DNA of 64,000 bases from an uncultured Acidobacteriaceae bacterium. Lineage in GTDB: Bacteria > Acidobacteriota > Terriglobia > Terriglobales > Acidobacteriaceae. Under the pieces are notes generated by a model, which searched no databases, was not told the origin of the DNA, and saw only the letters and a list, made by a program, of their open reading frames with translations. The stretch lies in the NCBI GenBank assembly GCA_963846815.1, contig CAWJXG010000002.1:457799-521798 (forward strand). Direction: 5' to 3'. The position numbers were made by a program, and so were the translations under genes. The first letter of the stretch is position 1; each line of letters begins with the position of its first letter. Positions 27,236-36,104 of this stretch are shown here, in pieces.

Positions 27236-28408
27236 TTACTTCAGGGTGAACCAATCGACGGCATTTCCCATCGAACGGCGCCAGACGAGCGCGCCGGAGA
27301 AGTCTTCCGGAACGAAGACCTGGCTGTAGCTCATTTGCGGGTCGGGGATCTTCAGCATGATGTTGCCGCCAGAATCGAGTTCCTCGAGAAAGTTGGGCAT
27401 TCGTACCAGAAGGCGGTTGCCATCGGGACTCATGGCGAGTACTTCCATGGCTTCGTAAGAAACAGTCTTCAGGGTCTCTCCGGAATGCGAGATCACCTGA
27501 ATCTCCACCGGTTGGTCTTGATACTTGTCCCATTCCGCCGGGCTGAAGTCGTGCTCTTCATAAATAGGAGCAGCGATTTTGTCACCGGATGCGGAGATTG
27601 CAGCCGAGTTCCCCGGTGCCACGCGACTCCACAATTGCTTACCCCTCGCATCGAAAGCGGAAACGGCACCCACCTGCGGCCCGTGGTTTGGTGAGGACCA
27701 CACAACAAAGGTCTGGGAATCGCGGGCAGCTGCCATGCCCCAGCCGTATCCCATCCACACTGCAGTGCCGTCCAGGGCTATCAGTCCGGTACTCCATCCC
27801 TGCAACAGGATGAATCGGTCTGCGGGAGCAAAAGAGAGTGCTCCGAAAATGCAGCTACCCTGGTTGTAGGTCTTCTTCCACTTCAGTTCGCCGGACTTGC
27901 GGATTAGCAACAGATCGCAGCCGCCGGTGCCCAGTGCAATAACTTCGCCGTCGTGGCTAAAGGCGATGCCAAGCGGTGTGCTTGTCGTCTGAATTGGGAC
28001 CTTGAGGCCGCGACGGTCGACAATCCATGTGTACTTGTAACCGCTGCCGCCGACCAGCGCGACTTCGTCGCATTTGGGTGAAACGGCCAGCCCACCCGCC
28101 GTGATGAACTTGTTGACCTTGCCATATTCCCAAGTCCAGAGCTTCTGGCCTTTGATGTCGAGGACATCAACTCTGCCTACACCTCCAACAGCAACGCAAG
28201 CACCGTTGGGGGCCAATGCGGCCGCCGTGATGGCCGGCAATTGCACAGTTTGGGCAGGAAGGGAGTACGACCAGACGGGGCTGCCTTCCTCTGGCGGTTT
28301 GCGCCCGGTCGGTATCGGAGTGGACGAGACGACCGTTTGCGCAAACATAATCAGGGAAGCCGAAGCGAACACAATCAACAGAATCGCGGTGCGTGCGAGG
28401 CTCGGCAT
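27236..28408 (-). CDS. secreted beta-propeller-like repeat protein (hypothetical)
   Basis: Signal peptide MPSLARTAILLIVFASASLIMFAQ (ATG 28406-28408). Recurrent short Gly/Trp-containing strand motifs (GQKLWTW, GELKWKK, GTAVWMG, GKQLWSR) suggest a PQQ/WD-like propeller. Confidence 0.55.
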   Translation of the reverse strand: MPSLARTAILLIVFASASLIMFAQTVVSSTPIPTGRKPPEEGSPVWSYSLPAQTVQLPAITAAALAPNGACVAVGGVGRVDVLDIKGQKLWTWEYGKVNKFITAGGLAVSPKCDEVALVGGSGYKYTWIVDRRGLKVPIQTTSTPLGIAFSHDGEVIALGTGGCDLLLIRKSGELKWKKTYNQGSCIFGALSFAPADRFILLQGWSTGLIALDGTAVWMGYGWGMAAARDSQTFVVWSSPNHGPQVGAVSAFDARGKQLWSRVAPGNSAAISASGDKIAAPIYEEHDFSPAEWDKYQDQPVEIQVISHSGETLKTVSYEAMEVLAMSPDGNRLLVRMPNFLEELDSGGNIMLKIPDPQMSYSQVFVPEDFSGALVWRRSMGNAVDWFTLK

Positions 28409-28539
28409 CTTTGCGCTCCCTGGCGCCCATTCTCGAACAAAATTCACGGCTCGGCTATAACGAACCCGCAAGCTGGCGCCGGGCTTCGTAGACTCTCCCG
28501 TATAATCGACCACGCCTCTGCGCATTCCTATGAATCCGG

Positions 28540-30015
28540 ATGCTCACCCCAGACTATAAGTCGTTTCTGCAACTCAGCCGTGACGCTACTCTCGTCCCCG
28601 TTGCCAAGTCCTTGAGCGCCGACCTCCTGACCCCTGTGGGCGCGTTCCTGACCCTCGCCGTGAGGCAGAAGTACGCCTTCCTGCTGGAGTCGGTCGAGGG
28701 CGGCGAGAGGATTGGCCGCTATACCTTCCTCGGTGCGCAGCCGCGCACGGTAATCACCGCTCGCGGCAATGAAATCGAAATCGTGCGCGGGAAGTCGAGC
28801 GAACGCCGCAGCGGAAGCGTGGTCGACGTACTGCGCGGGATCCTGCAGCAGCACCAGCCTGCCGTGGTTCCGGGCCTGCCGCCGTTCACCTCCGGCGGCG
28901 TGGGCTATTTTGCCTATGACATGGTGCGCCAGTTTGAGCGCCTGCCGAAGACGGCCAAAGACGACCTCAAGCTGCCCGACTGCATTTTCACTTTCTACGA
29001 CCGGCTGCTGGCGTTCGATCACCTGCGACATCAGCTCTATATCATCGCGGCGGCCGACGTGAAGACCGAGTCGCCTCGCAGGGCCTATGATCGTGCGCTG
29101 GCCGACATTGATGCCATCGAACGCAAGCTGGCCAGCGGCATGAAGAAGCAGGCGCTGGGCTGGGCAGAGGATGGAAAGAAACCGAAGATCAGGGTGCACG
29201 CCCGCACGTCGCGCGATGAGTTCATCGCCAAGGTGAAACGCGCGAAGGAATACATCGCCGCCGGGGACATCTTCCAGGTGGTGCTCTCGCTGAGGTTGGA
29301 TTTCAAGGCGCCGTCTGACCCGTTTCAGATCTATCGCGCGCTGCGCACAGTGAATCCTTCGCCCTACATGTTCTTTCTCAAGCTGGATGACTTGCATGTT
29401 CTCGGCGCTTCGCCCGAAATGCTGGTACGGGCAACAGGACGGCAGCTCGAATACCGTCCCATCGCCGGCACCCGCCGTCGCGGGGTCAACGGCCTCGATG
29501 ACGAGAGACTCATTGAGGAACTGAAGCAGGATGAGAAGGAGCGCGCCGAGCACGTCATGCTGGTCGACCTGGGGAGGAACGACCTGGGCCGGGTGAGCGA
29601 GTATGGCAGCGTGAAGGTGCGCGACCTGATGTTCGTGGAGAAGTACTCGCACGTCATGCACCTGGTGTCGGCGCTGGAAGGGCGACTGCGCCCAGAACTT
29701 GATCCTCTCGATGCGCTGGCGGCATGCTTTCCCGCTGGTACGCTGAGCGGTGCTCCCAAAGTGCGGGCAATGGAGATCATCGAAGAGCTGGAACCGGTTC
29801 GGCGTGGCGTGTATGGCGGCGCGATTCTCTATGCCGACCAGGCCGGCAATCTGGATTCGTGCATCGCCATCCGCACCATGGTCGTCCATCGCCGGCGGGC
29901 GTATGTGCAGGCAGGAGCAGGCATCGTCGCCGACTCCGATCCCGCAAGCGAGTACCAGGAGTGCATGAACAAAGCGAGCGCGTTATTGAGGGCGGCGGAG
30001 AAAGCTAGTGGCTAG
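28540..30015 (+). CDS. trpE: anthranilate synthase component I
   Basis: 491 aa. LLESVEGGERIGRYTF..., GDIFQVVLS, and a chorismate-binding C-terminus with GTLSGAPKVRAMEIIEELE...RGVYGGA. Confidence 0.92.
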   Translation: MLTPDYKSFLQLSRDATLVPVAKSLSADLLTPVGAFLTLAVRQKYAFLLESVEGGERIGRYTFLGAQPRTVITARGNEIEIVRGKSSERRSGSVVDVLRGILQQHQPAVVPGLPPFTSGGVGYFAYDMVRQFERLPKTAKDDLKLPDCIFTFYDRLLAFDHLRHQLYIIAAADVKTESPRRAYDRALADIDAIERKLASGMKKQALGWAEDGKKPKIRVHARTSRDEFIAKVKRAKEYIAAGDIFQVVLSLRLDFKAPSDPFQIYRALRTVNPSPYMFFLKLDDLHVLGASPEMLVRATGRQLEYRPIAGTRRRGVNGLDDERLIEELKQDEKERAEHVMLVDLGRNDLGRVSEYGSVKVRDLMFVEKYSHVMHLVSALEGRLRPELDPLDALAACFPAGTLSGAPKVRAMEIIEELEPVRRGVYGGAILYADQAGNLDSCIAIRTMVVHRRRAYVQAGAGIVADSDPASEYQECMNKASALLRAAEKASG

Positions 30016-30080
30016 CTGTGATCTTTCAACAGGTTGTTCCTTAGTAAATTGTCCATTCGATGGAAACCGGAGAAGCTGAT

Positions 30081-30293
30081 TGTGTCAGCAGTCAACTTCA
30101 CACCGGAGGCATCGAATGGACATTCACAAGAATGCCCGACTGACGCTGCATAGTCGAGAGCAACTCGCCCAATCCGTTCTGCACCAAGGTAAGACTTTGA
30201 ACTCGGCTGCAGCCGAGTTCAAAGTCAGCGTACCCACCGCCCGTAAGTGGGTGCGCCGCTATCAGCTCTCCGGCCCTCTGGGGCTGGCGGATC
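30081..30293 (+). pseudogene. IS481-family relic: putative left end plus first ~60 codons of the transposase (HTH region only)
   Basis: MDIHKNARLTLHSREQLAQSVLHQGKTLNSAAAEFKVSVPTARKWVRRYQLSGPLGLAD matches the IS481 transposase N-terminus (HxNARLT...VS..T..KW..RY...G..GL.D). Similarity breaks off where SSRP would follow. TGTGTCAGCAGTC at 30081 is a plausible IR start. There is no DDE domain. Confidence 0.55.
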
Positions 30294-30343
30294 TTGGATG
30301 GCTGGTTGACGTCGCTTGAAGTCTCAGGACGTAAACTATCCAC
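30294..30343 (+). repeat. 50-bp direct repeat, copy A (3'-end relic of a four-helix-bundle gene)
   Basis: 45 of 50 positions are identical to 30713-30762. In the matching frame it reads LDGWLTSLEVSGRKLST..., paralleling the C-terminus of the downstream gene. Confidence 0.85.
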
Positions 30344-30376
30344 GAGCCACCATTGCTGAATGAGCTGGAGACTTGA

Positions 30377-30772
30377 ATGACGGAGAAGGCGCTGCGCAGT
30401 TATAAAGACTTGATCGTGTGGCAAAAAGCCGTGGAGTTGGTGGCAGACGTGTATCGAGCAACCACAGCATTTCCTCGGGATGAAATCTATGGGTTGACGA
30501 ATCAGCTTCGGAGGGCGGCCGTCTCGGTGCCAAGCAACATCGCGGAAGGGCAAGGACGTGCGACCAAGGGTGAGTTCATTCAGTTTCTGTGTCACTCAAG
30601 GGGATCTCTGTTCGAATTGGAAACCCAGGTGATAATTGCAGGAAAACTCGGTTATCTCAATCCGGACCAGAAGAGTGCCCTGCTCGGAAAAGCTACCGAA
30701 GTGGCGCGGATATTGAATGGCTTGTTGACGTCGCTTGGATTCTCAGGCCGTAAACTATCCACTATCCGCTAA
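30377..30772 (+). CDS. four-helix-bundle protein (23S rRNA intervening-sequence protein family, TIGR02436-like)
   Basis: YKDLIVWQKAVELVADVYRATTAFPRDEIYGLTNQLRRAAVSVPSNIAEGQGRATKGEFIQFLCHSRGSLFELETQ is the family signature. Confidence 0.85.
   Translation: MTEKALRSYKDLIVWQKAVELVADVYRATTAFPRDEIYGLTNQLRRAAVSVPSNIAEGQGRATKGEFIQFLCHSRGSLFELETQVIIAGKLGYLNPDQKSALLGKATEVARILNGLLTSLGFSGRKLSTIR
30713..30762 (+). repeat. 50-bp direct repeat, copy B (covers the 3' end of the four-helix-bundle gene)
   Basis: See copy A. This copy encodes LNGLLTSLGFSGRKLST. Confidence 0.85.
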
Positions 30773-30787
30773 CCACTATCTACTCAG

Positions 30788-31363
30788 ATGGTTTTTGTAT
30801 TAGACAACTACGATTCCTTCACCTACAACCTGGTCCAGTACATCGGCGAACTGGGGCACGAGGTCATGGTGCGGCGCAATGATCAGATTACGGTCGAGGA
30901 AATCGCCGACCTAAATCCTGATCGCATCGTGGTTTCACCCGGCCCATGCACACCCCAGGAGGCAGGCATCAGCATCGACGTAATCCGCCATTTCGCAGGC
31001 AAGGTGCCGCTTTTCGGTGTGTGCCTTGGGCATCAGGCTATCGGAGCGGCTTTCGGAGGCAAAGTCGTACGCGCGCACAACCTGATGCATGGCAAGACCA
31101 GCCAGGTCGAGCACGACGGGAAAGGAGTCTTCCGTGACATTTCTTCGCCACTGACGGCCACGCGCTATCACTCTCTCATTGTCCAAGAGAAGGGCCTGCC
31201 GCAGGAACTGGAAGTTTCCGCTACCTGCACCGATCGCGACGGAACGCGCGTGATCATGGGACTGCGCCATCGAAAGTTTCCTGTCGAAGGAGTGCAATTC
31301 CACCCCGAGAGCGTGCTCACGGAGCATGGCAAGCAGATGGTCCGTAACTTCGTTGAAGGTTAA
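30788..31363 (+). CDS. trpG: anthranilate synthase component II / glutamine amidotransferase
   Basis: 191 aa. [27 protein letters not shown] (catalytic Cys) and VQFHPES form the class-I GATase triad. Confidence 0.9.
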   Translation: MVFVLDNYDSFTYNLVQYIGELGHEVMVRRNDQITVEEIADLNPDRIVVSPGPCTPQEAGISIDVIRHFAGKVPLFGVCLGHQAIGAAFGGKVVRAHNLMHGKTSQVEHDGKGVFRDISSPLTATRYHSLIVQEKGLPQELEVSATCTDRDGTRVIMGLRHRKFPVEGVQFHPESVLTEHGKQMVRNFVEG

Positions 31364-31389
31364 TTTGCGCCGTTGTTTAGAATCTCCGC

Positions 31390-32103
31390 GTGGCTGAATC
31401 CGGCAGCGCAGTTGAAACCAGGAGCGCAGAACGTACCTACAGCTTCGCCCAGCGCCTCTCCCTCGCCCTCGCGTCCTGGATTGTCCCGGCCTTCATAGCC
31501 TTGATCGGCTCAACGTTGCGCGTCCGCTTCCATTGGGAAGAAGGTTCGATCGGCAGCCTCGACAATGTTCATCCCGGCATCTATCCCTTCTGGCATCGCT
31601 GCGTGCTTCCGGCGACATGGATCTTTCGCCGGCGCAAGCTGGCGGTGATGACCAGCCGCTCGCTCGATGGTGAATACATCGCTCGCGTCATCGAGCGTTT
31701 CGGCTACGTGCCGATTCGGGGGTCCAGCTCGCGTGGAGGCCAGCGCGCGCTGCTGGAGATGCAAACGTATGTCGGCTCGGGAATGGGAGCGGCGTTTACC
31801 ATCGACGGCCCACGCGGGCCCCAGTATGTCGCCAAGCGCGGTCCCATCCAGCTCGCCAAAGCGACGGGAGTCGCCATCACTCCGTTTTACGTTGCGGTCG
31901 GCAGAAAGTGGGTGCTGAACTCATGGGACCATTTCGTGATCCCCATGCCCTTCTCGCGTGCGCTGGTACGGGTGGCGCCACGGATTTACGTTCCCCGCGA
32001 CGCGGACGATGCCATGCTCGAAGCCAAGTACCAGGAAATGCAATCGGCGCTGGAGCGCATCACCAAACTCGCGGAAGCACAGGCCTGCTTAAAGAAGGCG
32101 TGA
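31390..32103 (+). CDS. DUF374 domain protein (lysophospholipid acyltransferase-like)
   Basis: FWHRCVLPATW...MTSRSLDGEYIARVIERFGYVPIRGSSSRGGQRALLEM...FTIDGPRGP is the DUF374 pattern. GTG start. Confidence 0.75.
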   Translation: MAESGSAVETRSAERTYSFAQRLSLALASWIVPAFIALIGSTLRVRFHWEEGSIGSLDNVHPGIYPFWHRCVLPATWIFRRRKLAVMTSRSLDGEYIARVIERFGYVPIRGSSSRGGQRALLEMQTYVGSGMGAAFTIDGPRGPQYVAKRGPIQLAKATGVAITPFYVAVGRKWVLNSWDHFVIPMPFSRALVRVAPRIYVPRDADDAMLEAKYQEMQSALERITKLAEAQACLKKA

Positions 32104-32140
32104 GCTATAGGGTTAGGTTAGAGGGGGCTCGACTAATAAC

Positions 32141-32170
32141 AATGAGGACGCGGGTTGCCGCGTCCTCATT
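32141..32170. terminator. strong 13-bp perfect hairpin between convergent genes (possible bidirectional terminator)
   Basis: AATGAGGACGCGG-GTTG-CCGCGTCCTCATT. There is no clear U-tract on either side. Confidence 0.45.
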
Positions 32171-32204
32171 GATCTACCGCTCGTAATCGTGTCGCATGGC
32201 TCCG

Positions 32205-32339
32205 TCATACAGGCCGGTTAGCATACAGCACTTTTTGAAACTTCCGGCCTGAGCCGCACGGACAGATATCGTTGCGTCCGAGCTTCTCGCGGAGATCTTT
32301 GTCTCCATGGACGATTCGCAGGCCTCGCTTCACTTTCAT
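32205..32339 (-). CDS. small SEC-C motif protein (44 aa as read; possibly frameshifted, see findings)
   Basis: The minus-strand ORF reads [53 protein letters not shown] is the first half of the SEC-C metal-binding motif. It is not in the ORF track because it is shorter than 60 aa. Confidence 0.4.
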   Translation of the reverse strand: MKVKRGLRIVHGDKDLREKLGRNDICPCGSGRKFQKVLYANRPV

Positions 32340-32567
32340 TTCAGAGGGAAATCCTCTGCGTCGTTTGCTGCGTTCGTAGAAAAAATCCGCTGTTCACGGG
32401 AGTTCTCCTTTCGGATGGATTTGCCCGTCACATCACGAAAGGGGGCCCGTTTCGGCTATTGTACTTCAGCTTTCTCTACCCCGGATTGACACTGGCCCCT
32501 CCCGCCAGTAGAGTCTTGTTTTCATCCTGAGCAAATTTTCGCTGCAGGCGGGTCTTTACAAATCTTT

Positions 32568-32738
32568 GGTTCGCGCGTTCCGTCCGCTCGGGCGGGACTG
32601 GGAAGCCGGGTGCAAATCCCGCGCTGCCGCGCAACTGTAAGCGAGCTGTTGGCGATTGGCCACTGTACGAACGGGAAGGCCATCGCCGTTGTCGCGATCT
32701 CGATCGCAACTCGCAAAGCCAGGAGACCGGCGTGAACC
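32568..32738 (+). promoter_or_regulatory. cobalamin (B12) riboswitch
   Basis: ACTGGGAAGCCGGGTGCAAATCCCGCGCTGCCGCGCAACTGTAAGCGA, GCCACTGTACGAACGGGAAGGCC and the B12 box AAGCCAGGAGACCGGCG parallel the E. coli btuB leader elements. P1 is GGTTCGCG / CGTGAACC. Downstream, the CCTTT-CGCGTGC-AAAGG hairpin can sequester the AAAGGAGG RBS. Confidence 0.85.
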
Positions 32739-32774
32739 GTTGACTAACCCCTTTCGCGTGCAAAGGAGGAAGCC

Positions 32775-34994
32775 TTGTTCAGCCTTCGTGTCTTTCTTGC
32801 CGGCCTGCTGCTATGTGTTGCGGCGCGGGCTGCCGATCTCAAAATCACCGTCAACAGCCCCTCGGGCGACCGCGTCGCCGGCGTTCAGGTCAGCCTGTTT
32901 CGTGCCAGCGACAATGCCGGCGTAGCCGTCCAAACCACCACTGGCGACGGCAGCGTAACCTTCGTCAACGTTTCTGATGGCGAGTACCGCGCGGTGATTC
33001 TTGCCCCCGGGTTCGCCGAGCAGTCGACGAACGTCAGCGTGCCCGCAAAGGAAGCTCTCAATGTGCAGCTCAAACTCGCTACGACGCCGCAGACGGTCGT
33101 CGTCTCCGGCACGGCCACCCCGGCGACGGTGGAGCAGTCTGCAACCTCCATCGACTTCCTGAGCAGCGCTCAGCTCAAGCTGCTCAATCCTGTTTCTGCC
33201 GGGGACGCCCTCAGCTACATGCCGGGAGCTATCGTCAACACCGCCGGGCAACGCGGAGGCCTGTCGTCGCTGTTCGTGCGCGGCGGCGATTCCGACTACA
33301 ACAAGGTGATCATCGACGGAGTTCCGGTCAACGAGCCCGGCGGCACTTTCGATTTCGGGGTGGTGCCGATGAACAATGTCGAACGCCTCGAGATGGTCCG
33401 TGGCCCCGAGAGCACGATCTACGGCTCCGACGCCATGACCAGCACGGTACAGTTGTGGACGGCCACCGGGGACACTCGCACACCAGAGATTCAGTTCGGC
33501 GCTGATGGAGGCAACTACTCGACCGCCAACGGCTATGCCTCGATTGCCGGCGCGCGCGGCATCTTCGACTACAACGTCTTCGCAGACCAGTTCACCACGC
33601 AGGGACAAGGCGTCAACGATACCTATTCCAACGCTCTGCAAGGCGGCAACGTCGGAATTCGTTTGTCTGACAATGTGGCATTTCGCTTCCGGCTGCGCCA
33701 CTCGAACAGCTTCACCGGCGTGCCTTCAGACTGGTGGTTCAACGGAGACCCCGTGCTGCCGCCCGATTCGGACCAGCGGGCGCACGAGAACAACTTCCTC
33801 GCCAGCGCAGCCCTGACCATCACCGGACCGGGCTCGTGGCAGCACCAGATTACCGGCTTCGAGTACAACCATCTGCGGACCAATACCGATACCTATGAAG
33901 ATCCGGGCCGCCCCTTTGATTCGCCTTTCTACGACGACGCGCGCTACAACCGCGCAGGTTTTTCGTATCAGGGAACATGGGCTCCGCGGAGTTGGGCGCT
34001 GACCACCATCGGCGACACCTTCGAGGACGAGAACGGCAACATCCTCAGCACCACCCCAGCACCCGATGCGACCTACAGCTTCACCCACGGCCTGCGCATC
34101 AACAACTATCTGTTCGCGCAGGAGAATATTGTCTGGAAGCGCATTACCGCGCTGGCAGGACTTGCGTGGGTGCATAACGCCAGCTTTGGCAACCGTGCCG
34201 TGCCGCGCATTTCGGGATCGGTCCTGCTATGGAATGGCAATCACACGCTCAGCGGCACCCGGCTGCGCGCAGCTTATGCGCAGGGCATCAAGGAGCCGAG
34301 CTTCGAGCAATCGTTCGGCATCGCGGGAACCTATCCGGTGCTGCCCAATCCCAATCTGAAGGCGGAAGAGAACTATGCGATCGAAGCTGGATTCGATCAG
34401 TCGCTGTTCAGCAACCGGATGTCGCTTACCGCGATTTACTTTCATAACTCGTTTCGCAACCAGATCGAATATCAGTTCAATGACATCGACTTCACCAGCC
34501 AGTATGTGAACATCAACCGCTCGTTTGCTCAGGGCGCGGAAGTCGAGTTGCGCGGGCAGATCATCAATCGCCTGCTGCTGACAGCGGCTTACACCTACAC
34601 TTCCACCCAGATCACGCAGGCCCCGCCATGCGATCCGCTGAACGGTTGCGACCCGCTGATCTATGGCGAAGGCGCTCCTTTGTTGCGCCGCCCCAAGCAG
34701 GCGGGCACGGTATTGCTCACCTACACTCGGACCAAATGGGGAGCCAGCGCGGGTGTTGTAGCCGTCGGCCGCCGGCCCGACTCCGACTTCCTGTACGGTT
34801 ACATCCCTCCCATCTACTACGCCGCCGGCTATGCGCGCGTGGATCTCGGCGGATGGTACAGCTTCACCCATCACATCACCGCCTACGCCAACATCAACAA
34901 CGCCTTCGACAATCACTACAACGAAGTGCTGGGATATCCCGCGCTGGGAGCTGCGGTGAGAGCGGGAATGCGCTTCAGCTTTGGGGGAGAGTGA
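32775..34994 (+). CDS. TonB-dependent outer-membrane receptor with N-terminal carboxypeptidase-regulatory-like domain (likely corrinoid uptake)
   Basis: 739 aa, TTG start after AAAGGAGGAAGCC, with a signal peptide. Domains are a CarboxypepD_reg-like KITVNSPSGDRVAGVQVSLF segment, a plug (GDSDYNKVIIDGVPVNEPGG) and a beta-barrel ending in an aromatic-rich ...GMRFSFGGE. It lies directly downstream of the B12 riboswitch. Confidence 0.9.
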   Translation: MFSLRVFLAGLLLCVAARAADLKITVNSPSGDRVAGVQVSLFRASDNAGVAVQTTTGDGSVTFVNVSDGEYRAVILAPGFAEQSTNVSVPAKEALNVQLKLATTPQTVVVSGTATPATVEQSATSIDFLSSAQLKLLNPVSAGDALSYMPGAIVNTAGQRGGLSSLFVRGGDSDYNKVIIDGVPVNEPGGTFDFGVVPMNNVERLEMVRGPESTIYGSDAMTSTVQLWTATGDTRTPEIQFGADGGNYSTANGYASIAGARGIFDYNVFADQFTTQGQGVNDTYSNALQGGNVGIRLSDNVAFRFRLRHSNSFTGVPSDWWFNGDPVLPPDSDQRAHENNFLASAALTITGPGSWQHQITGFEYNHLRTNTDTYEDPGRPFDSPFYDDARYNRAGFSYQGTWAPRSWALTTIGDTFEDENGNILSTTPAPDATYSFTHGLRINNYLFAQENIVWKRITALAGLAWVHNASFGNRAVPRISGSVLLWNGNHTLSGTRLRAAYAQGIKEPSFEQSFGIAGTYPVLPNPNLKAEENYAIEAGFDQSLFSNRMSLTAIYFHNSFRNQIEYQFNDIDFTSQYVNINRSFAQGAEVELRGQIINRLLLTAAYTYTSTQITQAPPCDPLNGCDPLIYGEGAPLLRRPKQAGTVLLTYTRTKWGASAGVVAVGRRPDSDFLYGYIPPIYYAAGYARVDLGGWYSFTHHITAYANINNAFDNHYNEVLGYPALGAAVRAGMRFSFGGE

Positions 34995-35001
34995 GGAAAG
35001 A

Positions 35002-35105
35002 GTTGTCAGTTGTCGGTGATCAGTTGTCCGTGGTGCACTCGACATCGGGTACTGCTGAGCTTGGCGACTTCAGATATTTGCCCGAAACTGACAACTGACA
35101 ACTGG
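35002..35105. repeat. heptamer-periodic repeat (GTTGTCA-like x4-5) with inverted partner (CTGACAA x2)
   Basis: GTTGTCA GTTGTCG GTGATCA GTTGTCC at 35002-35029, and CTGACAACTGACAACTGG at 35088-35105. It fills the gap between the convergent TonB receptor and aldolase genes. Confidence 0.75.
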
Positions 35106-35106
35106 A

Positions 35107-35769
35107 CTACTCTTTTCCTGCCGGGACGTGGTTGTGGTACTTCAGCCGGATCTCGTGCAGCTTGTCGAGGTGCTTGCCGCTGAGGGGCTGTTGCCGGCCA
35201 AGCATGTGGGTGACGAGCGCGATCTTGGCGTAATGCTCCACCGTCTCCATGTTCATATATGCGGTAAGCAGGTCAGCGCCGTAGGCCACCACGCCGTGGT
35301 TCGCCATCAGGATGGCCTGGTGATCGGGAATGAGCGGAGCCAGGGCCTCGGTTAGTTCCATGGTGCCTGGCGTCCCGTAGCTGGCCAGCGGTACCGAGCC
35401 GAGGGTGACAACAATCTCAGAACACAACGCGGTGTCGAGCGGGATACCGGCGGCGGCGTAGCCGGTGGCCGTTGGCGGATGCGCATGTACGACCGCATGG
35501 ATGTCGGGCCGTTTGTGATAAATGAACAGGTGCATGGCGATCTCGCTGGAAGCCTCGCGCCAGCCGCTCACCTTGCGGCCGCCTGCGTCGACGATGACCA
35601 AATCCTCGGCTTCCATCATGCCCTTGCTCATCACCGTAGGAGTACACAGCACGTCGCCGTTCTCCAGGCGAACCGAGAGGTTGCCGTCGGTGGCCGCGAC
35701 CAGTCCATTCTGGTGCAGCATCCTGCCAAAATGGACAATCTCGTCGCGGTGCTGTTCTAGGGTTTTCAC
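35107..35769 (-). CDS. class II aldolase/adducin family protein
   Basis: HRDEIVHFGRMLHQNGLVAATDGNLSVRL and the Zn-ligand region HAVVHAHPPTATGYAAAG. GTG at 35769 is preferred, because the longer ORF (to 35928) runs into an intergenic palindromic repeat. Start is uncertain. Confidence 0.8.
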   Translation of the reverse strand: MKTLEQHRDEIVHFGRMLHQNGLVAATDGNLSVRLENGDVLCTPTVMSKGMMEAEDLVIVDAGGRKVSGWREASSEIAMHLFIYHKRPDIHAVVHAHPPTATGYAAAGIPLDTALCSEIVVTLGSVPLASYGTPGTMELTEALAPLIPDHQAILMANHGVVAYGADLLTAYMNMETVEHYAKIALVTHMLGRQQPLSGKHLDKLHEIRLKYHNHVPAGKE

Positions 35770-35906
35770 GCCTGAGTTCCGACTGCCGCTGAGCTTGGGG
35801 CTAGCCAATTTGCTTATCGTATCGCATTCAAGCGTGATGGCAAAGCTATCGACGGTGATCCCTCTTACACTCCTCAGGCATCGAGAACACGAACGAGCTG
35901 AGATGT

Positions 35907-36068
35907 AACCACGGAGATACAGAGACACCGAGAAATTACAAATCAGCGGTGCCCGCTCCTGGAGTGAGTTACCTAATCGAGCTTTGTACCGAGTCGAGCA
36001 CCTGCAGGAGTTTTTTCCGCCTCTGTGTCTCTGTGGTTCAATTCCGGCTCCTCGGTGTCCTCAGTGGT
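35907..36068. repeat. ~160-bp palindromic intergenic element (CCACAGAGACACAGAGG-type hairpin repeat)
   Basis: AACCACGGAGATACAGAGACACCGAG (35907-35932) is inverted relative to CCTCTGTGTCTCTGTGGTT (36019-36037) and CTCGGTGTCCTCAGTGGT (36051-36068). Confidence 0.65.
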
Positions 36069-36104
36069 GAGTTCTAACAGACGCTCCTCGGGCATAATCG
36101 CAAT

